Positions 10,301-19,926 of a stretch of 64,000 nucleotides of DNA are shown piece after piece. Source of the DNA: an uncultured Candidatus Poseidoniales archaeon. Its GTDB lineage: Archaea; Thermoplasmatota; Poseidoniia; Poseidoniales; CAYMED01. The notes beneath the pieces are model-generated. The model did not search any database, was not told the DNA's origin, and saw only the letters and a list, made by a program, of their open reading frames with translations. The stretch's first letter is position 1, and each line of letters begins with the position of its first letter. A program made the translations under genes and the position numbers. The stretch lies in assembly GCA_964389655.1 (NCBI GenBank), contig CAYMED010000005.1, forward strand, positions 1-64,000. The letters are read 5' to 3'.

Positions 10301-12228
10301 GCTGAGACAATGAACATTTCATCTACTCCTTCGTAAGACATTGCCTCCAGTAACGAAGGGCGCATGGGCTCAATTTCCAAATTCGCTCCGTGAATCTCGC
10401 AGTCTTCTGTTGAGTGAGTACTTACGCATTGATAATTTTCTGCAGGTTGAGAAAATGACCAAACAGCATCTTCAATCATTGATGCTGTCATCTGTCCTAC
10501 ATATCTGTCCCATCCGTCTCTGATAAGATCAGTTGAGACCGTCTCTCCGTGGTCATTGGTCATGGTTATAGAAAAAGAGGCGGGATAATCTAAATGATGT
10601 CCCCAAAGTTGGAACTTCACTCCTAAATCAAGGAGATTGCGGTCATAGATTGTCGTTCTCATGTCAAATAACTCATCAAAGATTATTTTTTGATCAGAAT
10701 CTGAGCCTTCAGTCTTCTCATTGTTACTCTCTTCCTCTTCTTTGCCTTCGTGATTTGGCCAATCAAGGTGCCTTCTCTCCCCACTAGCATTCGCCATCCA
10801 ATCAATGTATTCCTCGGCAGCGGATCCAGCATCTTCCCAAGCACTCTCCTCAAATGCATCAACCACATGATTTATGCAATCTTCAGGGAGTGAATTGAAA
10901 TCATCAAATGCATCATTAACCCATTGTGAATTTGTCGCCATTTTGGTAGTCCATGCCTGACCTTGTGTTGTTTCAAGTAATTTTTCATACTGCCAAAGAA
11001 TCACGTCGGGAATCTCATCACCATCTGTGTCTTGAATATCTGTCTCCTCATCTATTTTTTCAGCCATCTTGATCCATCGTACAACTAGAGTTTGGAAAGG
11101 TGTCATATTTTCGATGTCGCCTTCAACCAAAGGTTCAGCCCAAACTAAGAATGCATCAGCGAGATCTTCTGGGTGCCCTGAAACAGCTAGAAGTGCAAGA
11201 TTGTGCAAGATCGTTTGGATAGACTCGAACTGCTTTTCGTTTTCTGCAAGATTCTCCAATGCTTCCTCCAGTGCGCCCCATTCATTGCTGCCTAAGAGGG
11301 CATTATATGCATCTTCGATTCCCTCCGTCCCACTAAATTTCGTAAAATTCTCCATTGGATCAAAGGCCATCATATGGTCTCTGAGATCTTTGAACTGGCC
11401 CATCTCTCTGGGGATTGGAAATTCATCTGCATAGACCATGAGGGACACAATGGTGGCTAGACCCGCATCCACATCTTCTGAATCCAAGAATTCCATTAGT
11501 GCCTCAAGGAAATCCGCACCTTCGCTCATGTTGTACTGATTGTGTCCAGCATTGATCATCGCATCCCAATACTGTTTACTTCCTCCAGCACCTTGGCCTT
11601 TGCTCGCTTTTTCAACGAAATTGGACCAACCTCCATTGTCCTTGGCCTTCGCATCTAGTGCGTTAAACTCTCCCTTTACCGCTGCTGTCGGATTGGAGGA
11701 CTCCCAAGCATCATCAACTGCTTGAAGGACTTTTTCTATTTCCCCAAAAAACACTTCAACTAATTGTGTGGGGTCATCGACAGCTTTCATGGAGCCATCT
11801 TCTGCAATAATTCGAGCACCATACGATCCTCCCAAAGAATTGACTGGGATTGTATATGTGCCTTCCCAAACCATGGTGTCTGCATTCTCCTCATGGACCC
11901 CTTCTTGTACCAGTGTGATTTTGTCGGTTACATATCCACCGGTGGGCAGATTGGCTGAGTTGATCAACTGAATTGGGTCAATGTCTGGATAATGAATGAT
12001 TTCAGCAGTAACCAAAGTGTTAGCGGTATGTCCCCGTGTTAGAGCCACAATACCTACATCGGAGCCAAGACTCGCAAATTTTGTAGTGACGTAGCCATCA
12101 ATGCTCAGAGTTGAATGCATACCCCCTGCTGATGATTCCGTGTCGTTTGAGGCAGGGATCCCGCTAATTGATGGAGCCACCACCATGCAAATTAGTATAC
12201 CCATAAGCAATAATGCCGATCTCTTCAT
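7387..12228 (-). CDS. Giant secreted surface protein (helical domain, Ig/PKD-like domains, PGF-CTERM-like anchor)
   Basis: Signal peptide; PKD-like TIDWGDGN; GCTYPTATNYDPTATLDDGSC motif; Thr-rich linker; FVPAPG + TM + RR tail. Confidence 0.85.
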   Translation of the reverse strand: MKRSALLLMGILICMVVAPSISGIPASNDTESSAGGMHSTLSIDGYVTTKFASLGSDVGIVALTRGHTANTLVTAEIIHYPDIDPIQLINSANLPTGGYVTDKITLVQEGVHEENADTMVWEGTYTIPVNSLGGSYGARIIAEDGSMKAVDDPTQLVEVFFGEIEKVLQAVDDAWESSNPTAAVKGEFNALDAKAKDNGGWSNFVEKASKGQGAGGSKQYWDAMINAGHNQYNMSEGADFLEALMEFLDSEDVDAGLATIVSLMVYADEFPIPREMGQFKDLRDHMMAFDPMENFTKFSGTEGIEDAYNALLGSNEWGALEEALENLAENEKQFESIQTILHNLALLAVSGHPEDLADAFLVWAEPLVEGDIENMTPFQTLVVRWIKMAEKIDEETDIQDTDGDEIPDVILWQYEKLLETTQGQAWTTKMATNSQWVNDAFDDFNSLPEDCINHVVDAFEESAWEDAGSAAEEYIDWMANASGERRHLDWPNHEGKEEEESNNEKTEGSDSDQKIIFDELFDMRTTIYDRNLLDLGVKFQLWGHHLDYPASFSITMTNDHGETVSTDLIRDGWDRYVGQMTASMIEDAVWSFSQPAENYQCVSTHSTEDCEIHGANLEIEPMRPSLLEAMSYEGVDEMFIVSALGVLVDQDEITSVASPYTVNTFTYDTNGIVAGAEVDVAVLRVSPDGAPTVGELLEPQGDVLISILGSSMSGTYDGTDLVGDLNATIGQFEERRDDDDRDDPPVMVQIANIEDEISITGSGNTWEAPWDPANDRLNGLVEVISEGTNPQGLDFRIKQVVPLPGTSGCAKSELSSAGEYAKLDLNYESFVLSAGEEGPIQVFDKPNLSNLTIDWGDGNTSSLQVSNGDWHEYSEHEYHVKDGSEMKDYNISVRFTDEDTTEVWHHYTYGVHKGVWKEEHNDDEEKEGEEEKRGNYMHSIKHGECHFDTRHDSMPSPQIIDQIITDGPVEVITEKIVTSDSTGAASITVSPTFSGVYLSIAQSKIVRNGETYTGVGLNLVAATDAEISLSGLTQETTFSGLPVYSTDSALGENTTVTFTPSGVQGEFTIWMGVAPLDLSIPFDGFDSLNWEAHDYEVEFKSEDTSKSQDIKVETPLSLIAVMVMKEDAIFPEAMHMGILTVNPGLLQLTGQLGPGQTTNVALGTNEGVASRILAVAAPTTGFDPASIDFSSFSDVIWREGVRSEVGWIPAEQEITEICENFAIWSEEHWNDATQKDETTVRIKLEMKHRYHYFKTDETVDTTNTKLMKHDVEIQPIEDWNTSPEGESVAVFDLDMYAEEEYTLHTNTENPSSEFRFTIRDGYIDTDDDNSRGSCSGDTNMNETEVFDMFDEIFGDLNSIAWGQGSSADLRLPLLSSPSGEYTIIAVAQKGTGASASIVSAIGSQLALPNPAPTVIKNLTLSFSPPNPMPGDTVLVTVTDDSSSPVDDLSVIVTRDGTTLFSIRSDANGQATFEIPVGTLIVTVVGNGYHSVNLTITVSDAGIVITGPDSSSISNPTPGTNSTSTDGGAKKGCTYPTATNYDPTATLDDGSCVMPDGTSPTTTTTNSTSTNETATTTDVSSEQAEGGFVPAPGLIAAIFSLLGSSVLLRRSKDD

Positions 12229-12272
12229 AATAAGCAGACAAACATTTGTAGTATGTATGTGTTTGTGTGACC

Positions 12273-13322
12273 CTATTTGGTGGTATATATTCCCAGTCGA
12301 AGAGAATTGTTCTCATCTAACAGCACGCCACAATTCGATTCACCCAGATCGGTTTCCGTCCATGTGCCCCCAACTGGGATGAACGTGCTGCTGGGCAACC
12401 CCAATGCATCCAGAGTTGTGGCCATCGGGGCTAGTGAAATGAGAGATGGGGTGATCACGTCCCATGTTGTAGATGACACAATTCCGGCATCGTTTAATGG
12501 GCACCAACTGCTCGACCTATTTCGGATCTTTACCACCCCAATGGCATCACGGATTTCTTCCATCCCACTAGGTGTTGCATTCGTTTCTGGCATGCCTTGT
12601 AGAAGTCTCCATGGAGAGGGATGTGCAATTTTGATGGGTTCACTAGTGCGTCCTAAGGTTGCGGTGAGATTATAGTCGTGAGCTGTGGACTCATCACACA
12701 TGAAACTATCTGGAAAGCATCCTTCTACATTCGTGGCATGCTCTAGCATATCATGCACGAAAATCCATGGACCAGTTCGACTCATACTTCCATCCTGTGC
12801 TGGAACAAATGATGCTTGATAGCGATCTTTTGTGTCCCAGCGTGGAGGGTCGTGAATAAGATGTATGTCCCAATATGTAGATGCCGAACCAGCATCCCAG
12901 TCAATTGTAAGCCATTCGCTTTGCACAAGCCCATTTGTGAGGTATTCTCGAAGGTGTGTGATGTTGAGTATGCCTTCAATTCGGCCAAGTCCCCCTGACA
13001 TGCGTTCAAGTTCAGTGATGACTACGGTTCCGTTAAGTTGTAGCCCGACCGGATTTGAAACGCATGTGGTGCAATCTGTGCTCACGACTGAGTAAGATTT
13101 CATTTCGATTTCAGCGTGGGCACCACGTTTGAACTCGTCAAGTCCCAACGCGTCCATGGAAGTACGCGTTGAAAGAGTCATGTTTCCAGAGATGTAGATC
13201 ACTTCCAAATTAGATTCCACAATGGTCTTTTTCTCAACAATCAAGGAATTCGTTGCTAGCAAAACCATTGCAAAGATTATCCATTCAAGGTATGAGCCAA
13301 ATTGTCTCGTGATTTGATCCAC
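12273..13322 (-). CDS. Hypothetical membrane-anchored beta-rich protein
   Basis: 349-aa ORF with N-terminal TM and Cys pairs, co-oriented with its neighbours. Confidence 0.7.
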   Translation of the reverse strand: MDQITRQFGSYLEWIIFAMVLLATNSLIVEKKTIVESNLEVIYISGNMTLSTRTSMDALGLDEFKRGAHAEIEMKSYSVVSTDCTTCVSNPVGLQLNGTVVITELERMSGGLGRIEGILNITHLREYLTNGLVQSEWLTIDWDAGSASTYWDIHLIHDPPRWDTKDRYQASFVPAQDGSMSRTGPWIFVHDMLEHATNVEGCFPDSFMCDESTAHDYNLTATLGRTSEPIKIAHPSPWRLLQGMPETNATPSGMEEIRDAIGVVKIRNRSSSWCPLNDAGIVSSTTWDVITPSLISLAPMATTLDALGLPSSTFIPVGGTWTETDLGESNCGVLLDENNSLRLGIYTTK

Positions 13323-13392
13323 CCCTTTCAGACGAACTTATGGGTGAACCCAATTTAAGTGCATGTCTGTGCTATAGGGCTTTGGAACGAAA

Positions 13393-15414
13393 TTAGTGCC
13401 ACATGATCCATTGCCCTGTTGAGGGGTCACGGTAGTACCATTGCCCACTATCTGATGGCCATTCAAGATATTCATATCCGTCAGAATTCATTTGCCCCTG
13501 AAGAATTGGTGAAGGGGCATTTTGTGAGATATATTCTTGTGGGAACTCACCATATGTGTCAGACATTCCTTGAGAGACTTCTTGGCTCATATCAAAATTA
13601 CTCATTGTTCCGCTTCTCGATTTTGAATGACCCTTTTTTGACCGAAAAGTAGCCATTAGTGCACCACCCAGCAATATCACAACAATTCCTAGAATCAATA
13701 TCGAATAACTCGGTATCTCCAATGCTCCGTTTGCCTGACTATTCGATTGGAGTGATTGACTTGATTTGTCGGGAGAATCAGTCGCCTTATCGCCTAGCTT
13801 TGTTGAAGACTGGTTGAGCTTATCATGTGTCAATGCATCGGGGCTGCCTGTACAATTGTCCGGATCATGCGGCCAAAGGTCGGGATAGTTCCCCGACAAG
13901 TTATCGCCACACCCATCACCATCTGAATCAAGATGCTGTGTAGGGTCTTTAGGAAATGCATCAGGAAAACTTCCATTTTGGTTGTCACCAAAACCATCTT
14001 GATCAATATCTGTCCATTGTGTCCCATCTTTCGGAAACGCATCACTGTTATTTCCAGAAGCGTTATCGCCGAACCCATCCCCATCTAAGTCACTCCATTG
14101 TGTTGCATCATTTGGAAATTGATCCGGCATATTTCCACTTAGGTTATCCCCGTGTCCATCACCATCTTTGTCGCTCCATTGTGTAGGATCAAGTTCAAAA
14201 TCGTCATTGCTATCGTTGTATCCATCTCCATCCGTATCTGTATTTTCATCTGTTGAGAAGTAATCAATACAAATTGAATGATTCGAACCAGCTGAACTCT
14301 GCGGAACACTCAAAGGATCTTGCCAATCGAACTGGCATGCAAGTTCGACACCACTGGGGATTCCATCTCCATCGTGATCAAATGCATAGAACAATTCCAT
14401 GGATTGACAAGAGGCATTACCTGTTGTGGTAGAGGTCACAATTACACCTGTAAATCCAGTTGCATTGGGATCACTTCCAGCTTCAATTTCGCATGCGTCA
14501 GAGACATCATCTCCATCGGAATCAGGACACCCAAATGTGGGGCGAATCGAGTCACCTTTCTCTGTTGGGCAGTCATCTCCTTCATCGAGAATTCCATCCC
14601 CATCTGAATCCTTCAGTGCATCACAACCATCTGCAATCCCATTATCATTCACATCGACAGAGTCATCATACCCGAAGCAGGAATCCAATGAATCCTCAAT
14701 ACCGTCTCCATCCAAGTCAAATGGGATTTTAGTTGAAATCTCGGCATCTGAACAAGGATCATGTCCTTCAGGGTGATTATTGTGAAGCAGTTGATTGAAT
14801 TCATCACTCGTGACATGACACAGAAGGTAGATGCCTGCCTCTTCAAGGAATTTCATGACTTCATTCGTGATATCTTTTCCATCAGGATTTCTTGCTAAAT
14901 CGAATATTCCTTGCCTTCCATAGTAGTTGTCTTTTGGGGTGGGCCCACCAGTATATGTTGCTTCTTTGATGTCTCTGCCTTCAAGTTCTGTCACTAACAT
15001 ATCCCATTGATTCTGAGTTAAGTCGGCGATGTCATACATTAACGCATTTCGTATGGGGTACATTACCGCCATCACTTTGTGAAATGCCCTTTCATCATCA
15101 CTCAAATTGTCCTGTGAATATTCAATTAATTCATCGCCATCAAATGCAGGCCTACCTCCAGCTTGAAGAATTTCCCCAGCAGAATTAGTTGCTGCAGATT
15201 GGTTGACAAGGAACAGAAAATTTCCTTGTCGGTCTACAACATGAATCGTGCCCGGCTGCAAACCACTATGGTGGGGCGTTCCCGTGAAAATACAATATCC
15301 TTCTGAATTGAGATTGCAGTCGTCACCCTGAGCAGCCTCTGCAGGCATGCTAATTTGCATCATCAGAAGAACCGCGATAGAAGCCGAGAGAGTCTGCTTT
15401 CTCATCTCCTTCAC
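13393..15414 (-). CDS. Surface protein with novel N-terminal domain, thrombospondin type 3-like Ca-binding repeats, TM and Trp-rich cytoplasmic tail
   Basis: Signal peptide; DxDGDG and FPxDxTQWxDxDGDGxGDN repeats; TM; tail DGYEYLEWPSDSGQWYYRD. Confidence 0.85.
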   Translation of the reverse strand: MKEMRKQTLSASIAVLLMMQISMPAEAAQGDDCNLNSEGYCIFTGTPHHSGLQPGTIHVVDRQGNFLFLVNQSAATNSAGEILQAGGRPAFDGDELIEYSQDNLSDDERAFHKVMAVMYPIRNALMYDIADLTQNQWDMLVTELEGRDIKEATYTGGPTPKDNYYGRQGIFDLARNPDGKDITNEVMKFLEEAGIYLLCHVTSDEFNQLLHNNHPEGHDPCSDAEISTKIPFDLDGDGIEDSLDSCFGYDDSVDVNDNGIADGCDALKDSDGDGILDEGDDCPTEKGDSIRPTFGCPDSDGDDVSDACEIEAGSDPNATGFTGVIVTSTTTGNASCQSMELFYAFDHDGDGIPSGVELACQFDWQDPLSVPQSSAGSNHSICIDYFSTDENTDTDGDGYNDSNDDFELDPTQWSDKDGDGHGDNLSGNMPDQFPNDATQWSDLDGDGFGDNASGNNSDAFPKDGTQWTDIDQDGFGDNQNGSFPDAFPKDPTQHLDSDGDGCGDNLSGNYPDLWPHDPDNCTGSPDALTHDKLNQSSTKLGDKATDSPDKSSQSLQSNSQANGALEIPSYSILILGIVVILLGGALMATFRSKKGHSKSRSGTMSNFDMSQEVSQGMSDTYGEFPQEYISQNAPSPILQGQMNSDGYEYLEWPSDSGQWYYRDPSTGQWIMWH

Positions 15415-15520
15415 AGTTCACTATGAAAGAATGAACGTCAAAAACGTATAGGTAATAATATTCGTGAACATTGATCATAGGATTCATCAAAAGGATGGAT
15501 GCTGGGTTATGCACTAACTG

Positions 15521-16360
15521 GTGATGGTGATGGGGGAAAAGGCACGACTTGCTGACCGGCAAGCCTTTCCATGGGGAATTATGATTCGAGCCATTGTAGT
15601 CATTATGCTTGGCTCTCTTCTTTTCCTCGTTCTTGCTCCAACTCTTCGGTCCCCTTTCAAATTGCCGAATAGTGATATTCTTGCAGAATCACTGTCGTCA
15701 TACTTGACCGTAATTGGAGTCATATATGCTCTGATGGTTGGATTTACATTTCAGCAATCGATCGAGAGGCAACGAGATCTTCGTCAATCCCTTCATCGAG
15801 AAGCGGGAAGTTTACGCAACATCATTCTTCTTACCGAAGTCATGCAAGAGGGAGAAGCAATCCCTACGATTGTGGATGCTCTAAGCGAATACATCGAAGC
15901 CATCAACCGAGATATGAATGAGGCACAGGGTCACACGGCTGCATTACGCCAGCTCTATACTATGATTCCACGTCTAAATGAATTGGCAAGTGATGATGTA
16001 AATGACGATATCGATCGAGTTACACTGCGAGCAATTCATGAAGAGTTGAGAGAAACATCCCGAAGCCATGCTGACCGAGTTGCAATCCGGACGAACCGCC
16101 TTCCATCAGCACAATGGTTCAGCCTAGGATTTCTAGCATTTCTGCTATTGATGGGTTTTTTGATGCTAGATTTGGGGTCCGTCGGACTTGAAGCCATGAT
16201 GTTTGCATTAGTTCTGGGATCAGTAACTGTTTTGATGGAAGTCATGCGAGACCTCGATGAGCCATTCGATGGCATTTGGGCAGTCAATAGAAGTGCCTTT
16301 GAGGATCTGCAAGACCAACTTTTCCAACTAAAATCGAAGGATAATCATGGAGGGAAATAG
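15521..16360 (+). CDS. DUF4239 / bestrophin-like membrane protein
   Basis: VIGVIYALMVGF TM, EAGSL, RLPSAQW, DLDEPFDG motifs; start may be the ATG at 15530. Confidence 0.72.
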   Translation: MMVMGEKARLADRQAFPWGIMIRAIVVIMLGSLLFLVLAPTLRSPFKLPNSDILAESLSSYLTVIGVIYALMVGFTFQQSIERQRDLRQSLHREAGSLRNIILLTEVMQEGEAIPTIVDALSEYIEAINRDMNEAQGHTAALRQLYTMIPRLNELASDDVNDDIDRVTLRAIHEELRETSRSHADRVAIRTNRLPSAQWFSLGFLAFLLLMGFLMLDLGSVGLEAMMFALVLGSVTVLMEVMRDLDEPFDGIWAVNRSAFEDLQDQLFQLKSKDNHGGK

Positions 16361-16411
16361 TTGCATTCAATGTTCCGAAATTCTTGAGTGCAGGCGGTCT
16401 GAGCCGAACTT

Positions 16412-17491
16412 ATGTCTCCTCTTGATGGTATTCGAGTCATCGACGCATCTCGTATCCTCGCCGGACCTTGGGCCGGTCAGCAATTAGCCGATCTTGGTGC
16501 TGAAGTGATCAAAATTGAGCCACCTGGAGGGGATGAGACGAGACGGTGGGGGCCGCCGTGGCATGGAGAATGGTCAACATATTTTTTATCCGCTAATCGA
16601 GGGAAGAGTTTTGCAGAGATTGATCTCAAATCAGAGGCGGGAAGATGCGAGTTTGATTCATTGCTGAAGACTGCAGATGTCCTAATCGAGAATGCCAAAC
16701 CAGGAAGCCACGAACGACTAGGGTTAACGGCGAGTCGAACTCTCTCTATTCAACCTCGCTTGATTCACTTGTCGATCACGGCTTATGGGTTAACGGGGCC
16801 TAAAAGGGATGCACCTGGCTATGATCTCGCGCTTCAAGCAGATACGGGCATTTTGTCCATCACCGGTGAGCCAGGCAGAGAACCAGCCAAAGTTGGCGTT
16901 GCGTGGATTGATGTGATGAGTGGGATGATGGGCGTGTCTGCCATCCTTGCAGCACTTCGCCTGCGCGATGCAACCAACAAGGGAAAACACATAGATTTAG
17001 CACTGCATGATGTTGCAGTATCTGCACTTGTCAATCAAGCTCAAGGCTATCTCTCAGCTGGCGTGCTTCCTGGCCCAATGGGAAGCAGGCACCCTAGTTT
17101 GTGCCCTTATCGTGCCTTCCTTGCTAAAGATGGATGGTTTGTGATTGCAATCGGATCCGACACTCAATTTGCAAATTTAGCTGAATTACTCAATTTAAAG
17201 GAAGCAGATAAATGGGCAACGAATGATGCACGAGTTCAAGATCGAGATGTCCTTGAACATGTCATAAGCGAGCATGTGAAGGATGAGGGCCGAGATCTAT
17301 GGTGCGCCCGGCTTGCTGAACTTGGAGTTCCATGTGCAGCAGTTCGCAAATTAGACGAAGTGTTGGGTGACCCTCACGTTGCTGCACGTGGATTACTTGT
17401 AGACGGGGATGCTTCTTCTCCCCTCCCTGCTACTCCGATGCTGCGTTCTGCCCTTTTTACAGCGGGGTTGAATGGTGATGACGAAATCTGA
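16412..17491 (+). CDS. Family III CoA-transferase (CaiB/BaiF)
   Basis: PLDGIRVID, LAGPWAGQQLADLGAEVIKIEPPGGDETR, NRGKS, GYD catalytic Asp motif. Confidence 0.95.
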   Translation: MSPLDGIRVIDASRILAGPWAGQQLADLGAEVIKIEPPGGDETRRWGPPWHGEWSTYFLSANRGKSFAEIDLKSEAGRCEFDSLLKTADVLIENAKPGSHERLGLTASRTLSIQPRLIHLSITAYGLTGPKRDAPGYDLALQADTGILSITGEPGREPAKVGVAWIDVMSGMMGVSAILAALRLRDATNKGKHIDLALHDVAVSALVNQAQGYLSAGVLPGPMGSRHPSLCPYRAFLAKDGWFVIAIGSDTQFANLAELLNLKEADKWATNDARVQDRDVLEHVISEHVKDEGRDLWCARLAELGVPCAAVRKLDEVLGDPHVAARGLLVDGDASSPLPATPMLRSALFTAGLNGDDEI

Positions 17492-17538
17492 GTTTAAGCC
17501 CCATCAGCAATGAGCAAGTGAATGTTTGTAAGGCGTTA

Positions 17539-19920
17539 TCAGATTCCGTGTGGGATCCAGATGTTCTTCACATGGGTTGCATGTTGAAGCATGTGTTCAG
17601 ACATCGAATCCTTGATAGACCATGGATCAAAATGCGGGGAGGTCCAAGACCGCTTCATATTGCCGACAGTTGCAACCTCAATGTCTTCACTTAGGCTTGA
17701 AGACCCCGCATGCCAAATCATCTGGACATCATCATGGGAAGCAAGAACTGGAGCAAGTTCTGTGTGCAGTCCTGTAATGATGTTGAATGTACCCGCTGGA
17801 ACATCTGATGTTTCTAGGACTTGGTACAGATCCGTTGCTAAAAGAGGTGCTGATTCGGATGGTAAAGCCACAATTCGGTTACCAGCAGCCAACAGCGGTG
17901 CGGCTAGGGCAATAAGTCCCAATAGGGGATTTTCATCAGGGCAAATAAGGCCAGATACACCTACGGGCTCATGCAAGGCCACAACAAGGCCATGGAAGGG
18001 TGCATCATGGACTGCCCCATCATGTTTATCGGCCCAAGATGCCCAATATGTCCAGCGATCTAATGCTTGTTCAACTTCATGCAGTGCATCTTCTGGAGAT
18101 GCTCCTGTAAGTGCCGATATTCGCGCTGAAAGGCCAATGGCACGCTGCTGCATATTTTCTGCAAGATACCAAAGGACTTGCGAACGGGCATGTCCTGACA
18201 TCTTGCTCCAAGTTGTCGCTTTAGATGCGGCTTCGACAGCATTGCGCATGTCCTTTCGGTTCCCACGTCCCACAAGGCCTTCAACCTCATTTGACGGACT
18301 TCGGACTTCCAAACTGTATCCCCCATCAGGACGAACTTGCTTGCCACCAATGTAGAGTTTTGCAGTCTGGTCAAGTGGGGGTAATGTGCCCTCTGGCTCA
18401 CGCACATCTCCTATGCCCCTCGATGAAAAATCATGAACTTTCGATGCATCATGCGCGTGTGATGGACGAAGGTAAGCGCGGAAACCTTCCAACCCTCCTT
18501 CCCGTCCAAATCCTGATTCACGGTACCCACCGAATCCAGCAGCAGCATCAAACTGATTTGTGCAGTTAATCCAAATGACCCCTGCCTGAATGTTTCTTGC
18601 AATTTCGATTGCAGTATCCACATCTTGGGACCAAACAGAACCGGCTAGACCATAGCGCGTATTGTTTGCTAGTGCAATGGCCTCAGTTGGAGAACGAAAT
18701 GTCATGGATACTAGAACTGGTCCGAAGACTTCCTCTTGGGCTATGGTGGAGGAAGGTGCTACATCTGGGAAGAAGGTCGGTGGAAACCACCAACCATCTT
18801 TTGGCGCATTGAGTGGTGCACTGATTCGTCGGTTCCCTTCAGCTTCAGCAGCGTCACACTTTCCTCTAATTTCAATGAGCTGAACTTCATCCACAATGGC
18901 GCCCATATCAACTGATTTGTCCATGGGGTTCCCGATCCTCAATTTTGACATTCTCGCTTCGATTTTTGCATGTACTATCTCCGCAACCGATTCTTGGACT
19001 AGAAGCCGACTTCCCGCACAACAGACTTGGCCTTGATTGAACCAAATCGCATCAACTAATCCCTCAACTGCTGAATCGATATCCGCATCTTCAAAGATGA
19101 TGTAGGGTGATTTCCCTCCCAATTCTAGAGTGAGGCCTTTCCCACTTCCTGCGATTGCTTTTCGGATAATACGTCCAACTTCTGTGGACCCTGTAAATGC
19201 GACTTTATCGACGCCATCATGTTCGACAATTGAGGCGCCAGTACGCCCATCCCCAGTAACGATGTTAACCACACCTGGTGGAAGTCCTACTTGGTTACAT
19301 GTCTCTGCAAATAGCAATGCAGATAGGGATGTATATTCTGCTGGCTTAAGGACCACTGTATTGCCTGCTGCAAGGGCTGGGGCGATTTTCCAAGCAAGCA
19401 TAAGAAGCGGGAAATTCCATGGGATCACCTGACCACACACCCCCCATGGCTCCATATTTGGCGCCTTGGTGTTGCGCAATCTTGCCCATCCTGCATGGTG
19501 GAAGAAATGACGGACTACTAATGGTACATCGATATCTCGTGTTTCTCGAATGGGTTTTCCATTATCCAGTGTTTCAACAGTTGCAAAAAGACGCGATTGT
19601 TTTTGGATTGCCCGAGCAAGAGCATAGAGGTGCCGTGCCCGCCCCGATTCGCCTAATCCCTCCCATTTCCCTTGGGCTTTTCGTGCTGCCGCAACAGCTG
19701 CATCGACATCTGATGCCGATCCTTGGGCAATCGAGGCAAGAATTTCTCCAGTGGCGGGGTTTCTAGAGTCAAAGCGTACATCTCCCTCTGAATTCTGCCA
19801 TTTCCCATTGATGTAGAGCCCGAAACGGCCTTCGTGCCCTTCAATCCACGCACGTGCATCTGTATCTGTTTCAGGGGCTGGCCCCCATTCAAGAGTCTCC
19901 ATTGCTTCATTTGGATCCAT
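17539..19920 (-). CDS. Aldehyde dehydrogenase, ALDH16-type (full ALDH plus a second truncated ALDH domain)
   Basis: PWNFP, KPAE, FTGSTEVG, LELGGKSP, GQVCCAG (catalytic Cys), EEVFGP; C-terminal ~290 aa repeats the NAD-binding fold without a catalytic domain. Confidence 0.93.
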   Translation of the reverse strand: MDPNEAMETLEWGPAPETDTDARAWIEGHEGRFGLYINGKWQNSEGDVRFDSRNPATGEILASIAQGSASDVDAAVAAARKAQGKWEGLGESGRARHLYALARAIQKQSRLFATVETLDNGKPIRETRDIDVPLVVRHFFHHAGWARLRNTKAPNMEPWGVCGQVIPWNFPLLMLAWKIAPALAAGNTVVLKPAEYTSLSALLFAETCNQVGLPPGVVNIVTGDGRTGASIVEHDGVDKVAFTGSTEVGRIIRKAIAGSGKGLTLELGGKSPYIIFEDADIDSAVEGLVDAIWFNQGQVCCAGSRLLVQESVAEIVHAKIEARMSKLRIGNPMDKSVDMGAIVDEVQLIEIRGKCDAAEAEGNRRISAPLNAPKDGWWFPPTFFPDVAPSSTIAQEEVFGPVLVSMTFRSPTEAIALANNTRYGLAGSVWSQDVDTAIEIARNIQAGVIWINCTNQFDAAAGFGGYRESGFGREGGLEGFRAYLRPSHAHDASKVHDFSSRGIGDVREPEGTLPPLDQTAKLYIGGKQVRPDGGYSLEVRSPSNEVEGLVGRGNRKDMRNAVEAASKATTWSKMSGHARSQVLWYLAENMQQRAIGLSARISALTGASPEDALHEVEQALDRWTYWASWADKHDGAVHDAPFHGLVVALHEPVGVSGLICPDENPLLGLIALAAPLLAAGNRIVALPSESAPLLATDLYQVLETSDVPAGTFNIITGLHTELAPVLASHDDVQMIWHAGSSSLSEDIEVATVGNMKRSWTSPHFDPWSIKDSMSEHMLQHATHVKNIWIPHGI

Positions 19921-19926
19921 GTAGAT

